This document shows, piece after piece, positions 1 through 61,222 of a DNA stretch of 64,000 nt. The first letter of the stretch is position 1, and each line of letters begins with the position of its first letter. This DNA comes from Veleropilina oligotropha (lineage: Eukaryota): contig JBEUKZ010000016.1 in assembly GCA_048128005.1 (NCBI GenBank), positions 124,001-188,000 on the forward strand. Direction: 5' to 3'. The notes under the pieces are model-generated. The model was not told the DNA's origin. It searched no databases and saw nothing but the letters and a program-made list of their open reading frames with translations. The translations under genes were made by a program, and so were the position numbers.

Positions 1-330
1 TATCGGTTTAGGTACGAGAGATCGAGGATCGGTCTCCAGCGGCCATCGGGTTTCGGGACCAGGAAGAAATGGCTGTAAAATCCTGGTGTGCTGGGCGGCG
101 CGGGATATATCGCTCTTTTTAGGAGCAAATCCCGCACTGCCTGGTCTAAGACCGCTCGCTTCTCTCCGATTAGGAGGCGAGCGTGTCTTGGTGGTGGTGC
201 CTCGTTTAGGGTCGGATGCCGGTTGAACCAACTGTATCCGGCACTCACGACGGAGGGACCCAGCTACTGTCTGGTAGTCTAGCCATGGCTGGCTGTACGC
301 TAACAGATACGCTTCCACCGGCGGAAGCGG
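1..330 (-). pseudogene. DIRS-type reverse transcriptase N-terminus (frameshifted, truncated by window edge)
   Basis: PVEAYLLAYSQPW...(frameshift)...GY...GFYSHFFLVPKPDGRWRPILDLSYLN. Confidence 0.85.
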
Positions 331-435
331 GTAGCTGGGACTGTCGTGTGTGTGCCGGCAGCCCTAGGGCCGAGGTTTCCCTCTCCCGCTCTGCGTACGG
401 GAGCTTGTTGGAGGTGCTTGCCTCTTCGGAGTGGG

Positions 436-2365
436 TTAATGGCCGGGGCCTACCACCAGAAGAGGGCCATGCACGCTTGGAAGGCTTCGGGGTCCAGGTG
501 GGCCCTGAACGCTTCCTCGAGTCGGCGGGTGGACCCCCGGGGGGTGCAGCACGCCTACTCGATGGTACGGTCCGTCAGGTCCGCCGCTCTCTGTCGACGA
601 ATTCCGAGAAATCGTCGGCAAATAGAGTGGTGGCCGAGCAAGGCACGCATCGCAACGAGCGCCGGGTGGCCTCATCAGCGAGGTGCCTTCAAGGTAAGCG
701 ACCCTACGAAGTAGGAGTGCGTTACCCAGGACACGTCCCGTCTCCAACGCGTTGGTCTCCATAACGGCAGCAACCTCCTGGAGGAAGGACAGGGCAGCCC
801 ACGGGCGCCGGGTCCAACCTCCTGTAATACGGCTATCGTCCCGTCTAGGAAAAATCCTGAACGGATGACAGCCGCAGAGCCCATCGGGCGGAGCTCTCGA
901 AAGCTTCCAAGGCGAACCCAGGAACTCTCGCTACAGAGGGAGTGTGACTGGCGGTCAGTCAACGCAACGCTGCGTCAACACGAACCGGCTCAGTCGCCAG
1001 GCACGGACCAGTACATGCGAACGGGATCGAACGCGAACTGGCCCGGAGGTACCTCCCACTACGGAACCCCGAAGGGTACTCGGTCAGTGGGGAGGACTCC
1101 ACCGGATTGCGCCCCCGACTGAGCTTGGTTGTCGAGTCAACACCCGATCAATCAGCCCAGACTGAGGTAAGGAAGAAAGCAAGGGGGCTTCCTTCTCAAC
1201 AAACCGATGCGCCGCCGTCCTGTGCTTGACCGGGCCTACATACGACCGAGTCGGTTCCGGCAGGTCAAGCACCCCGCGAAGTGACGCAACAGCGTCGAGT
1301 TCGGCGGGTGGTGGAGGTCGGCTCCTGCGTGCCTGGAAGACTACCAGCGTCTTCGGGCCCGACCGATACAGGGAGGTCGGAGTGAGTGGAGTCGAGGTCC
1401 TCGTTGGAACGAGGTTTGATCCCCACCACGGAGGCAGGAGCCGTGCTCTGCGCCACAGGCAGAGGTGTAGGTACCTGGAGCGGCTAGGAAGCCGGTTACC
1501 AGGCCCGACATCGGGACTCGAACTCCGCCGCGAACATAGCCTGGACGTTCTCTAAAGAGAAACCCGGAGGCATGACGGGCGTCGAACTAACAGCCGGTAG
1601 TTCGGTCGAAGTCACCGTGGCGCTAGGTAGACGGGCTGCATGGACAGGTGTAGCCGAGAACCAGGGTCTCGGGACACGTGTCGAGTGGTCGAACCCGAAA
1701 GAACGGCCCGGAGGCGCGTTCGGTGGGCCGGACGACCGGTAGGACTGCGGCAACAGTCCGTATCGGTCTACCACTCTGTTCGAGCGAGGCACGGACGGAA
1801 AACCGCCGTAGAACCCCGTCCCGAACGCAGCCGGTCTGTCCACGTTCTCTAGCGTGACCACGGTGGGTGCACGGGAGAGACCGGGCCCTCTGAATGTCTC
1901 GTGAGCTTCGAGGTTGAGCGGAAAACCCTTAGGGGTAGTCGCATCGTTCTCGACCGAGGATTCAGGTTTCGCCGATTGTCCGAGTCTTAGACCTACAAGT
2001 AGGTGCCCGGCCTCTTTAAAGGCTTTCTCTGCATTGAGTCTGTCCCCTTCGCTAGAAGGAGAGTTTCTCGCAGAAGGACTAACTGTCCCCTTATTCTTCG
2101 AGGCCGAAGAAAAGGATGGGGATGGTCTGCCCTGTACAGCTGTTCGCTGCGCTGTCATATATACCTTGCTAGCCGGCAAGGTATGGCTGACTGCAGTTAC
2201 TAGGCCCGGTTGAGGCGGAACGGTCGGCACTCGGGCCTTTACCTGAATCTGGGGTCCCGGCAAGGGTTCGGTGACTCCCCCAAGAGTCGCGGAGGTATCG
2301 CCGGTAGACCCGGCGACAGACGGTGCTTTACGTCGGCTGTCGTCCAGCGTCCCTGAAGTAGACAA
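436..2365 (-). pseudogene. DIRS Gag-like ORF1 remnants (several frameshifted pieces)
   Basis: S/P/R-rich ORF 1496-2365 and ORF 436-762 with GNALLLRRVAYL, resembling the conserved DIRS Gag C-terminal helix; lies directly upstream of the RT. Confidence 0.55.
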
Positions 2366-4045
2366 AGAAGAATTATTTCCCTTAACTTACTGTCTGCAAA
2401 CAACCCCTTTTCCTGCCCCTTTTCCCGAGGAGGGCCCACCGTGGCAGTCGCCCTGGTCGACTTACCCGGTTGGGATAGAACCGCCCACTGCTTGTCTGTA
2501 AAAACAAGGCACAAATCACACTGAAGTTTAATTTTACTACAACTACGGTGAATACGGCATTCCGTGTGCGTATCAAAACCCGTGAATTTTCTGGTTACAC
2601 CCGGAGCTACTGCACCGGACCAGAGGGTATACACGGGAGGATAGTAGTGGGTATACGGGGTAGTGAAAAAGGTATATATATGGTAGTTGTGACTATACTA
2701 CGACAACTCCTAGAATTGCCCTGATCTGAAGATCAAAGATCAAGCGATATACCGCAAAGCGCAAAAAACCCCGCACTGGGAACACCGAGGTCGGCTATTT
2801 ACCCGACACGACCCGGTAAAAAACCCGGGTAATTGACTAGAACAAACGGGGGTTTTCTCTTAGAAAAAACCGCCCAGAAAAACACCTGAAAAGACCTCGT
2901 GGATGTTTTTATGTTAGTACAATGGTGTATTATCCCAGAAACGGCAGGATATCAGAATAACTTAAAGGAATATCAGAAGTCCTGCCTATTAATGACGCTA
3001 GAAATTTTATACAATAATAACCAGCAAATAGCGTCGTTAAGGAATTATCCAATATAATGAGTTACCTGTTTGCAGTCTCAAACAATATCAGATAAATATA
3101 CCGACCAGAAATTTCAGCTACACACGAAACTTCCCTCTAAGCGGCCATGCTTTTTTCCTTAGCAACGGCGACGCTGTCGGTTACTTGATGTCCAGAACTC
3201 CTCGAAGTTTTGAGAATCACAATCTTCTTATATTCACTTGTGTCTTGTATCCACAACACAGGGTTATATTCCACTACTTATATCATATAAGTATATATTG
3301 CGTCCTGATTTAACGTGAAATCGGGCGCCTATTTCGAAATATTTGCGGAGCAAAACAACGTCTTTCCGCGGCAGCGGAAAACTTTGAATTGATGTCATGT
3401 GACTTCTATGGTTCAGAAGTCTCGCGAGACTTGGCGAGATCTCGCGGGGGAACGTGGGGGAGGGGGAACGTGGGGGAGGGGGAGCAGGGGAGGTAACCGT
3501 GGTACGTTTTTGCGTCTTTGACTTATTAATAGTGCATAATGTGACTTATTCACTGTTTCCGGTTGGCAATAATATTACTATTATGGCAAGAGTAAGGACG
3601 TAAGTATGTTTGTAACTATATACTACAATCATTTACATATGATATTCATACATCACTATATATACCATTATTATATGCAGGTAGCTGTGATGATGGGTGG
3701 ATTCCGTTTAAAAACAACTGCTACTTTTTCGGTAAACAACAAAACTGGACAACGGCCGCAGATTTCTGTCAGCAATCAGCCGGCAACCTGACGTCAATCA
3801 GAAATAATTATGAACAGGGATTCCTAAGTGGTAGGTACTAGATAATATGTTTGAGAGTCTCTGTTGGACACAACGATGATCAAATCTGTTTGCGGTTACA
3901 GCTAAATCAATTTGAATGCCTAGGTTCTCCTCAGATCAGGCCGGGAAAAATGACCCCCTGGTTGAAAGCCTTGCCCAGCCATTATGGTTTTGCCCATATG
4001 TCATCGGCTAGTCAAGCTTGCCTGTGAAGCCTGAATTGATTATTG

Positions 4046-4250
4046 CTGTAACAACTAAAAACACACTTCGTAATTGGATTTCTGTTGTTTTAATCATTTG
4101 TCAACCAATCTTTTGGCGACATGCATACGTGATACGTACCTCCGGCCGCTGTAACAACTAAAAACACACTTCGTAATTGGATTTCTGTTGTTTTCATAAT
4201 TTGTCAACCAATCGTTTGGTGACATGCATACATGTGATACCTCTGGCTGG
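4046..4250. repeat. Tandem duplication, ~102-bp unit x2
   Basis: gctgtaacaactaaaaacacacttcgtaattggatttctgttgtttt occurs at 4046 and 4148. Confidence 0.85.
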
Positions 4251-4543
4251 GAGTACAGTTCTTCGGAAATCGGCACCCCCGAAATGGCCTACTCCGATAG
4301 TCTCCCGAAATCAGATAATCTTCCAGAGATAATTTAATTATCCAGTAACGTTTATTTCCACAATATTATTTTCTTGCAATGTAATTAACAATAGAACTCT
4401 ATCAGTATGCATTGTACTAACTACTATACCTTAATTTGATCTCTGTCACCACGATTGTTTGTTTACGGTGCCAATTAAGCACATTATCGCTACTTTCATG
4501 GTTCATTGCAATCTGATATTGGGTTCGGGCATTGTTCGTCCTG

Positions 4544-5112
4544 GGCCCCGTTTCACAAAAAATCTTACGTGCTGTCGCAAGTCTTAAACTTACGACAATC
4601 TTAAGATAATTTTAAGACCGTTTCACAAAGGTTGTTGTAAGTTTGTCGCAAGACGTAAATCTTACGACAAACGTAAGATTGTCGTAAGTAACTCTTCAAG
4701 CGAAATGGTTAGAAATGACCTTAGTTACGCTGAATTGTGCATGTGTAAAATATTGTTAACGTCCGCACGTACGGTGCATGAAATGTTATAATGCATAATA
4801 AAAACGGCAGGATAGAATGTAAAATCAATTATAAGACTATTTACCTATATTTTAATCAAAATCTGACTGCCGTCCAAAAATACCCCTTTCGACTTGCCTA
4901 TTTTCAAAATATGAATGGAATTCCGGTGCATTGTGGGGGGAAACTGTCCGAAAGTGGAATTACGTGTACCGATACCCACACGTAGACTTGCGACCGATAT
5001 CGGTCGTAAGATTTATTTAAGATTTTTTGTGAAACGCACGTAGGATCGCGAGATGGACTTACGACAATCTTACGTCTAAGACCGCACGTAAGTTTTTTTG
5101 TGAAACGGGGCC
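4544..5112. mobile_element. MITE, PIF/Harbinger-group-like (CTG target duplication)
   Basis: TIR ggccccgtttcacaaaaaa / ttttttgtgaaacggggcc; CTG on both flanks; internal cttacgac subterminal repeats. Confidence 0.8.
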
Positions 5113-5334
5113 CTGATACATTGATACCCAATTACTGTTCCAATATCAGTTATTTCAGTCCTATGAATGCCATTTAATCGTATAAATGACTTTTCAAGCA
5201 AGTTGTGATATGAAACTATCAAAATTAGTCCACATTACACAGGAAGTGCCATGTGCGTTTACTAAAATAATAGTAAAATACGGATGGATATAGAGATCGA
5301 GACCGGATCAACAGTTTTCAACCACTGTAGTTAT

Positions 5335-6724
5335 GGGCCTATTCGATTTGCACGGTTCTGGAACTAGAAACATGAGATGCGCAATGGATTCAGTTCCGAG
5401 AACCGCCGTTGTAATCAAATGACCCGGTATGGTTCCAAGAACCGGTGTACCAAACAAATGTGACAGTTCCGATTTCTTAATAAATCACCATGACATTGAA
5501 TAAACAGATTATTGTGTTTAGTGCTTTAGACGACATTCTAGACGATGCAAGTGGACGGTCAAATGTCTCAAGAACTGTCACGGCAATGTACAACAATGGG
5601 TATAGCTGGTGGGGGTGGGGGGGGGGGGGGGTGAGCACGAACGTCCCCCCCTTGACATAAAAGAAAATGTTCAAGAACATATTTAAATAGTATATTTCAA
5701 ATTTCCAAATTTCGCCCTTTTACTCATAAAAGTGGTGAACGTGCTTCGTAAATGTTGGAAAAATACACCGCTTTTGCACTATAAGAATACAGGAAAAGAG
5801 GATTCACACCATTAATTGTCAAAATTTTCATCCGTTTGGGGAGAGGGCCAGATCGTTGATACTATTCAAAGTATATTTCGATCCCCCTCTTCAAATTGGT
5901 TTCAAATTCCGGGCTACGGCCTTGTGCCTGCATGTATGTTAAGTAGGCCTATTTATATACCTACGTTGACCAAATTTATGCTGTTTCTTTTTATTGTATT
6001 CTGATATAGGTGAAAAACGAGATATTTTATTATTAGATAATTATTAATTAAGAAATTAAGTAACCAACACTTGTGATATCGTTGCGGTAGTAATTGGTCA
6101 AACAGAACGCGCAATGCGGCATATCTCCAAACAATGACCGTCCGTATTTCGTGATTAACCTGGAACTCGTGTTGCGAGACAATGTTGCGGTCGACATCGA
6201 TATAAGATGTATAGAAGCATCGACTCTGTTCATTCAACATTTGGCTTTGCTAAGAATAATCTCAAAGAGGGTTACTTTGAAAAATAAAGTATCCTTTATG
6301 ATATCATAATAAGAAAGTTAATTTGTTAATGAACAAAAGTCAAATTTAAAATACGGACGAAGACTATCATCTTTTACGATAATATATCTGATATATATAT
6401 TTTTTATTATATTGTTATATTTATACATACATAAATAATTGCATGCATATATTTAAATATTTTATTATACATTATTTCATTATATGCATGTATTGGCCTA
6501 CATACATACAAAGTAACATAAATTAGTCTACCTATTTTTTTAACTCTGTATTGTCAAACCGATTATCTTTCGTTTTCTTAGTTCAGTTCCGGTTCTGTCC
6601 TGTAGTTCTGACTGAAAATGAGAACCAGAAAAAGTGGTCCGATGACCAGAACGCCGTCCAATAATATGACAAAACTGTAGTTCCATTAGTTCTAGAACCA
6701 GGAACGTGCGAATCGAATAGGCCC
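5335..6724. mobile_element. Non-autonomous TIR element (Harbinger-like)
   Basis: TIR gggcctattcgatt(t)gcacg / cgtgcgaatcgaataggccc. Confidence 0.7.
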
Positions 6725-8118
6725 AATGTTAAGTTGAAAGAAAATTATGGATTGACTTTGCAATTACTGTTAAATACATTACTGATAAGATAAAACCCGG
6801 ATCAACAGTTTCCAAGTACTTGCAAGTTGTCATGTAGATAGGAGATTGACAAGTTATATATTTTGTTTAGTTGAAAGTAAAGTACAAATTGACTTAATTA
6901 TAACCACATATTTTATATTGATTGACTGTATAAATGTGATAGTGTATTTATTGTTAGGAATAAATTTAATATGACAAAAGTGAGTTTTATAAAAAAAATA
7001 CCACAATAAATAATTTAACTTTTCATTTCAATATTAATATTGCTACAAGAAGTTTTATTGTTATGTTGATTGCATAAGATTACTATTACTATCTTTTCTA
7101 TAAATGTCTTATGCAAATAATTAAAAATATACGACGTAATCGACGATAAAAAACGTCCATAAAAATACTACTGGAATTTGACCCCAATCTTCTGGAATAT
7201 TGACCCCAACCTCCTGGAATGGTGTTTTGGGTTATCACATGTATGCATGTCGATGTGGTCTTGCCAGTTTCAATGTCAGAATTGATCTGAACTCTGACTG
7301 CCGCCTTTTATAGTGGCAGTCCGACCTTTAAGAAATGGTGAGTGTGTGGACGAGTGACCATGCCCGACACTGGCCGAGTGTTGTAGACAAAAAGGTCTCA
7401 TCGCATACGGATGCTAATTTGGGAATAAATCTTGACTTCCATGAGACTGAAATATATCTGTAAATGTAATAATTATTTAATAATAATTTGTGCTGGTATT
7501 CATTAAATAATGTCATAAATATAATGGGTAATTCACTCATATATAATTTCACTCGCGTTTTCCATAATTTTACTCTCGTGAGTGAAATTATCTTAAATGC
7601 GTCATAACGTGACGTCATATAAATGTTGTCCTATGCGACGTTGTCCATGGCGAGCTGCTTTTCAATAATACAACGTCAACAGAGCGTGTGTTCGTTCTTG
7701 CACAAAAATTAACATGGCCATACAATGTTAACATTATTTAATTGATAACAAACCCATTTATGTATTAGAAATATTAAATATAATTTGTCTCGTGCACTAT
7801 ATCCTAGACGATTCACTCAAGGCCTCCGGCCTTTCGTGAATCCGCTAGGATATATTACACTCTACAAAATATATTTAATATTTCTGACATATCATCAAAT
7901 AACCTCTATGTAATCAATTGCGAGCTTTTCTATAAATCTAAATTTGTAGCTCCAAATAAACTGGACTCTTAACCATATTTGCGTAAGATCGACGCTGATC
8001 GGTTGTAATGGCTAACTGATGATTCAAACTTGTGCATGTCAAACCTTTAGTGATCTGCCTTGGTTTGATCGGAATCATCTTAATTACAGTGTAAATATGT
8101 TTGGTCCTAATTAGATTG

Positions 8119-8951
8119 CAGCCCTGTGAATTAGCCTGTAACCACGACGGCATTTTAATGCCGCCGTAAACCTGGACGCCGTCGGCACGAGTCGGCATTT
8201 TTTGCGTATGCAAAAATGCATGCCAAAAATTGCGCAAATTCAATGTTGCGTAGCCCAATTTTCGTTCGCGCAAAAGTTCAATTAGTGGCCGACTTCAGTT
8301 TATTCAATTACAATTAGAAAGATAATTGTTATGAATTTACCTGGACTCATGACTACTGCATCTTGGCTGAAGTTGCAATAAACTGTATTAAAAATTGTAT
8401 ATATGTCATACTGAACGTGTCCAAGTATGTACTTGTTTATCGATAATTTCTGGGAGTTGGATTCTGATAGTGAAGAACACGTGTCCTGCGGGGTTCACAT
8501 ATTAAAAATCATGATCGTTACGAACATTTTTGCTATAAAATATCAAATAAAATAGATTTATTTAGTGAGTTAGGCACATATGATAGCAAAATTTTAAATA
8601 CTGACACTGGTTTAGGCTGACTTATAACAATGACGCACTTGAATTAGAAACTTGGAATTTACGACACACGCTCGATCTCCGTCACTTTCCGGCGACAACC
8701 GAAACTAGCATGTCGGTGAATGCAGCTTCAGAAAGTTTTTGCGATAGTCGATGCAATGTCGTGGCTGCCGCGATATTTAAATTTATAGACGTCGAAAATT
8801 ATTGAATGCGATGTATTTCTGACTGCATTTTAAAGTATAATTAGAGATTGCAAAGCAGGGATTATTGAAATATAAATTACGTGTCATATTGCTTGCGACG
8901 GCAAAAGGATGCCGTCGCAAATCTCCACGGCGACAGCAAATCACAGGGCTG
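8119..8951. mobile_element. MITE with CAG...CTG ends and 5-bp TSD (hAT5-like)
   Basis: TIR cagccctgtga / tcacagggctg; GATTG at 8114-8118 and 8952-8956. Confidence 0.75.
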
Positions 8952-9426
8952 GATTGTGACTAAGTTTTATAAGAAATGGTACACAAAACTCATGGAAAAG
9001 GTATATTTCTCTTGGTAATCATGAAATTTAGTTATGAAATTTATTTGGTAACCCTTATAAAATAGTTGTGATTATAATGTAATGTACTGTTTATATTCAC
9101 AAGTGTATTTCAATCGAGTTTTTACTATATGTTTGATTGAATTTGTATGTAACATCTGGGCCAGTAACATAAATTAATTAACATGTTCCAGATTCGCCTA
9201 AGGTATCACAGACACCACCGACAACATACTCTCTTCGGGTTTAGCCTGCCAAGACAGGGATTTCCTGTAATGTGTAGAAGAATGCATCGACTGTTGTTGT
9301 CTACCTGACAATGTTGATGTGAACTACCATGCATTGATGAACTCTTTGACTAGCCCCACATTTACTAATGTACATCAAACGCTGCCCTATCTGGTCAACT
9401 TGACGATAAAGCATCATTCACTCTTA

Positions 9427-9990
9427 GGCCGTGCTCCCATCGGGTTTGAAAATTTAATCCGATGCAGTTGTTCTCACCAAAAGTTCAAACGGTCAGCTTA
9501 AAATTGTTTGTAACTTGCCGATTAGTGTTACGGATTAGATAACATATGGCGACACGCGCATTCACGTGACAGATCGTGAGAGGTGACAATGCAGCCATGA
9601 CGACACCATACTTCATGCAAAATAGCCTCTGACATATTGTATAAATTGTATCAATTTTAAAATCACATATTCAGCACCTGTGTTGACAGAATGACGTGTT
9701 TTGAATGAACTTCAGATACTTATGTCTAGAAAAACAACAGTTATCCATGCAAGCAAACATTGTATTACCCGCTATAATTTCAGAAAATGGTGAAAGCAAT
9801 TCTTGTGAGATTAGAACTGTGCCGAGGTCACCTGCACCTGCAAGTGTTCCCACCGAGTTTGAATTGCCAAGCTTAACTTTTAAACCGTGAATTTTTTTGG
9901 TTCAAGCTTTGCTCCGATTACCCGTTTGAGCGTGTTCACACAGAGTTTGAATCACACAGCCTGTGCGATTCAAACTCTGTGTGAACAGCC
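9427..9990. mobile_element. Harbinger-like MITE (TTA flanks)
   Basis: Imperfect TIR ggccgtgctcccatcgggtttgaa / ttcaaactctgtgtgaacagcc; TTA on both sides; local palindrome at ~9934-9987. Confidence 0.55.
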
Positions 9991-10038
9991 TTATATTTGA
10001 AAAGTAAGCCATTTCTTGAACTGCTTTTTCTTTCACAG

Positions 10039-58971
<48,933 letters not shown>

Positions 58972-59784
58972 GTAAGTATAGTTTGCTCGCATGGAAAATT
59001 ACAACACATTTTTCTTCATAATAATAAAATCTTATGACTTGTAGCAGCAGGGGGGGTCAGTAGACTTTTTAGAATGGAAAAATAAAGCTCCCAGCCCTAT
59101 TTCAGAACTGAGGGGGTTGTACTGGGGGGACTAGGGGGTTTAGACTAGGGGCCGGACGGCCGCCGTGGAGGCTCCCAGCACCCTTTCAGACCCCAGGGTA
59201 TAGCGTGTATTACAAAAGTTACCGTGTGTACAGCGCCCACTACCCTAGCCGGGCAGCTTAGAATAGTCTATGTGTCAATGGTGTATTCATAGCCCGTGGC
59301 TGACCTAGTGTCCTCATTTTCGAGAATCTTTATTGTGACACGTGACAATGACTGCCAACTCATTGTCACGTGTAGACTTTATATTGCTGACTCATTGTTA
59401 CATGTAGAATTTCCATTTAGAGAATGAACTGTCCACTTGTTTACATCTGGACCAAAACTTTTTAACTGGAGCGGTGACCCGTTTCTGGACAAAATATTTT
59501 TCACTGGGTCAAATCTTTTTTCACTGGGTCAAATCTTTTTTTTCTGGGTCAGCGACAGCAGTAAACGGCTGAACGGGCTAAGAATAAACGCAACCCGGGC
59601 GAGGCATTCAAAGCAAACACTATCCATTGATACACGCTGGCGACGTATTTCTATAGTACACAGATATAGCGTGTCATGCTTTTAACGACTGTTGCCATTC
59701 ATAAATCGGGCATGAATGAACCAACAGTAGATGGCTGACTGGGATATTAATATTATTATTTAATACATTGATGTCTCTCCTGTA

Positions 59785-60020
59785 TATTCTAGTGTAGCTC
59801 TAAGCGCAGTACAAACTATAACTAATATTACAGTACAATGTAGACAAGAATATACAGGAGAGACATCAATGATACATACTATGAATGCACTAAGCAATAA
59901 TAATAATAAACAGAATATTTTTTTTTCGAGTTTTTCAATTTTATCTTTTTTTTACAAGCGCAATCAGACAAAGAGGTGAAGCAGCCCCTGCGTGAACTTC
60001 AACCAACTTTGAATGGTACA
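59785..60020 (-). mobile_element. L2 LINE 3'-UTR fragment (same family as ~16080-16535)
   Basis: Reverse complement matches cattcaaagttggttgaagttcacg...gtactgcgcttagagctacactagaata. Confidence 0.85.
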
Positions 60021-60071
60021 ATATACGCAGGGGAAAGCCGGAAAAATATGTTTTAATGCAGGAGCAGCTAT

Positions 60072-60507
60072 TTATATAAATATGTAGTTACCGCTAGCAA
60101 GCGAGCAATTGCAGGGCGAGTGTTGTCCTATCTGACTCGACGAACCCCGGCACCCTGTCGATAGCATTGAGTAATAATGCCCGTTTTTACCAGTACATCG
60201 GGACGGCTCAGCGCACTCGATGCAGACCACAGTATTTGGGTCAGGAGGAGCCCCCCCCCACCCCACACTCATTCTCTCCGATAATAAAGTAGTGGCACGA
60301 GGGTGGGGAGACATCAGGGGTGGGGTCTCCCGGGCGAAGAAGCAAGTTTCTACGCAAGGGGTCAAATCGGGCGTTATACCTGGGATGATTTCGGTACCTA
60401 GCCCACGTATGTTCGAGAATTAATGCAGTGTCGTGTCTCGACGCCTGGGTAGAGACACCCCCTAGCCAGCACACCGCGGCAATGCACAGAAGTAGCATGG
60501 ATTTCAT
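60072..60507 (-). CDS. Putative secreted cysteine-rich protein (~144 aa after a 1-nt correction in a 9-nt G run)
   Basis: Signal-peptide-like MKSMLLLCIAAVCWLGGVST; ORFs 60241-60507 and 60072-60365 join by deleting one G; 8 Cys in the mature part, ending in CNC. Confidence 0.6.
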
Positions 60508-60589
60508 GGTTGTCCAGATATCACTGTCGATTTCTAGCTTTAATACGGGGGAGGAGGGGGGTAGTCGTGGCTACGCTCAACCTGGATAG

Positions 60590-61222
60590 TTAGTCGCCAG
60601 CCCCGATTTTTTTCAGCAGCTCTGCGCGACCCTCTAAACGACCACGCTCAATAAGCTCGCTCTGGGTCTGTGAAATCGCGGTGTGCGCCTTTAGACTTTT
60701 GAGACGCAGGGCGGCTTTCAATGTCAGATACTTTTCCATCTCCCCTGTGACCATTTGGAATTCATCATCAGACATCACCCCGTCCGCTAAGGCCTTTGAG
60801 ACGTGGTCGGTTATGGTATTCAGTTTGCTCTCGGCCAGGACTCGGATCTCGTCGTGTTTTTTCGCCTTCACCCCGAGGCGTCGGCTAATGTATTTTCCAC
60901 CCATACTAGCGAGCCCACACCCTAACGCCGCTAATTCCAGCACTAGGACAACGGGTGCGGCAACGATTGTGGAAAGTAGACCAATTCCAGCGCTACCCAT
61001 ACCGAGGGTCGCCACGACCAGGGCCGAATCGATCCCGTCAACGACGTTAACGCCTCGGCGGTATTTTTTATATAGTGCAGCTCTTGTGTCTCGTTCTCGT
61101 TCTAACTGTCCCTGAAGCTCATTCACTTTTTGCAGTCGGAAAGACTGTGCCTCCGGAACTTCCGAAAGCACATCGCCATCAAGCTGTGGGTACAGCGTTG
61201 GCGCTGATGGCTTGCTGTCCAT
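60590..61222 (-). CDS. Helical protein with a central two-segment hydrophobic hairpin (putative viral membrane-active protein)
   Basis: PSAP/LYPQL N-terminus, coiled coil, Gly/Ala-rich hydrophobic hairpin, KAKKHDEI...SKALADG...SDDEF; the ATG overlaps the upstream TGA (TGATG). Confidence 0.75.
   Translation of the reverse strand: MDSKPSAPTLYPQLDGDVLSEVPEAQSFRLQKVNELQGQLERERDTRAALYKKYRRGVNVVDGIDSALVVATLGMGSAGIGLLSTIVAAPVVLVLELAALGCGLASMGGKYISRRLGVKAKKHDEIRVLAESKLNTITDHVSKALADGVMSDDEFQMVTGEMEKYLTLKAALRLKSLKAHTAISQTQSELIERGRLEGRAELLKKIGAGD

Larger units (their letters stand above)
1..3150 (-). mobile_element. DIRS-type (tyrosine-recombinase) retrotransposon, 5' part (Gag-like region and start of RT); degenerate and runs off the left edge; right boundary approximate
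   Basis: GC-rich block in an AT-rich genome. Minus-strand translation of ~260..1 gives ...GYSWF...LLLKRAIYPAPPSTPGFYSHFFLVPKPDGRWRPILDLSYLNR, the N-terminal RT motif typical of DIRS elements, preceded by low-complexity Gag-like ORF pieces. Confidence 0.8.

Noticed and set aside
88..2501. Plus-strand ORFs in the GC-rich left block
   Set aside because: Antisense shadows of the DIRS Gag/RT region.
3600..10030. Additional upstream lectin exons
   Set aside because: No AG/GT-bounded segment encoding the missing CTLD N-terminus was found by eye.
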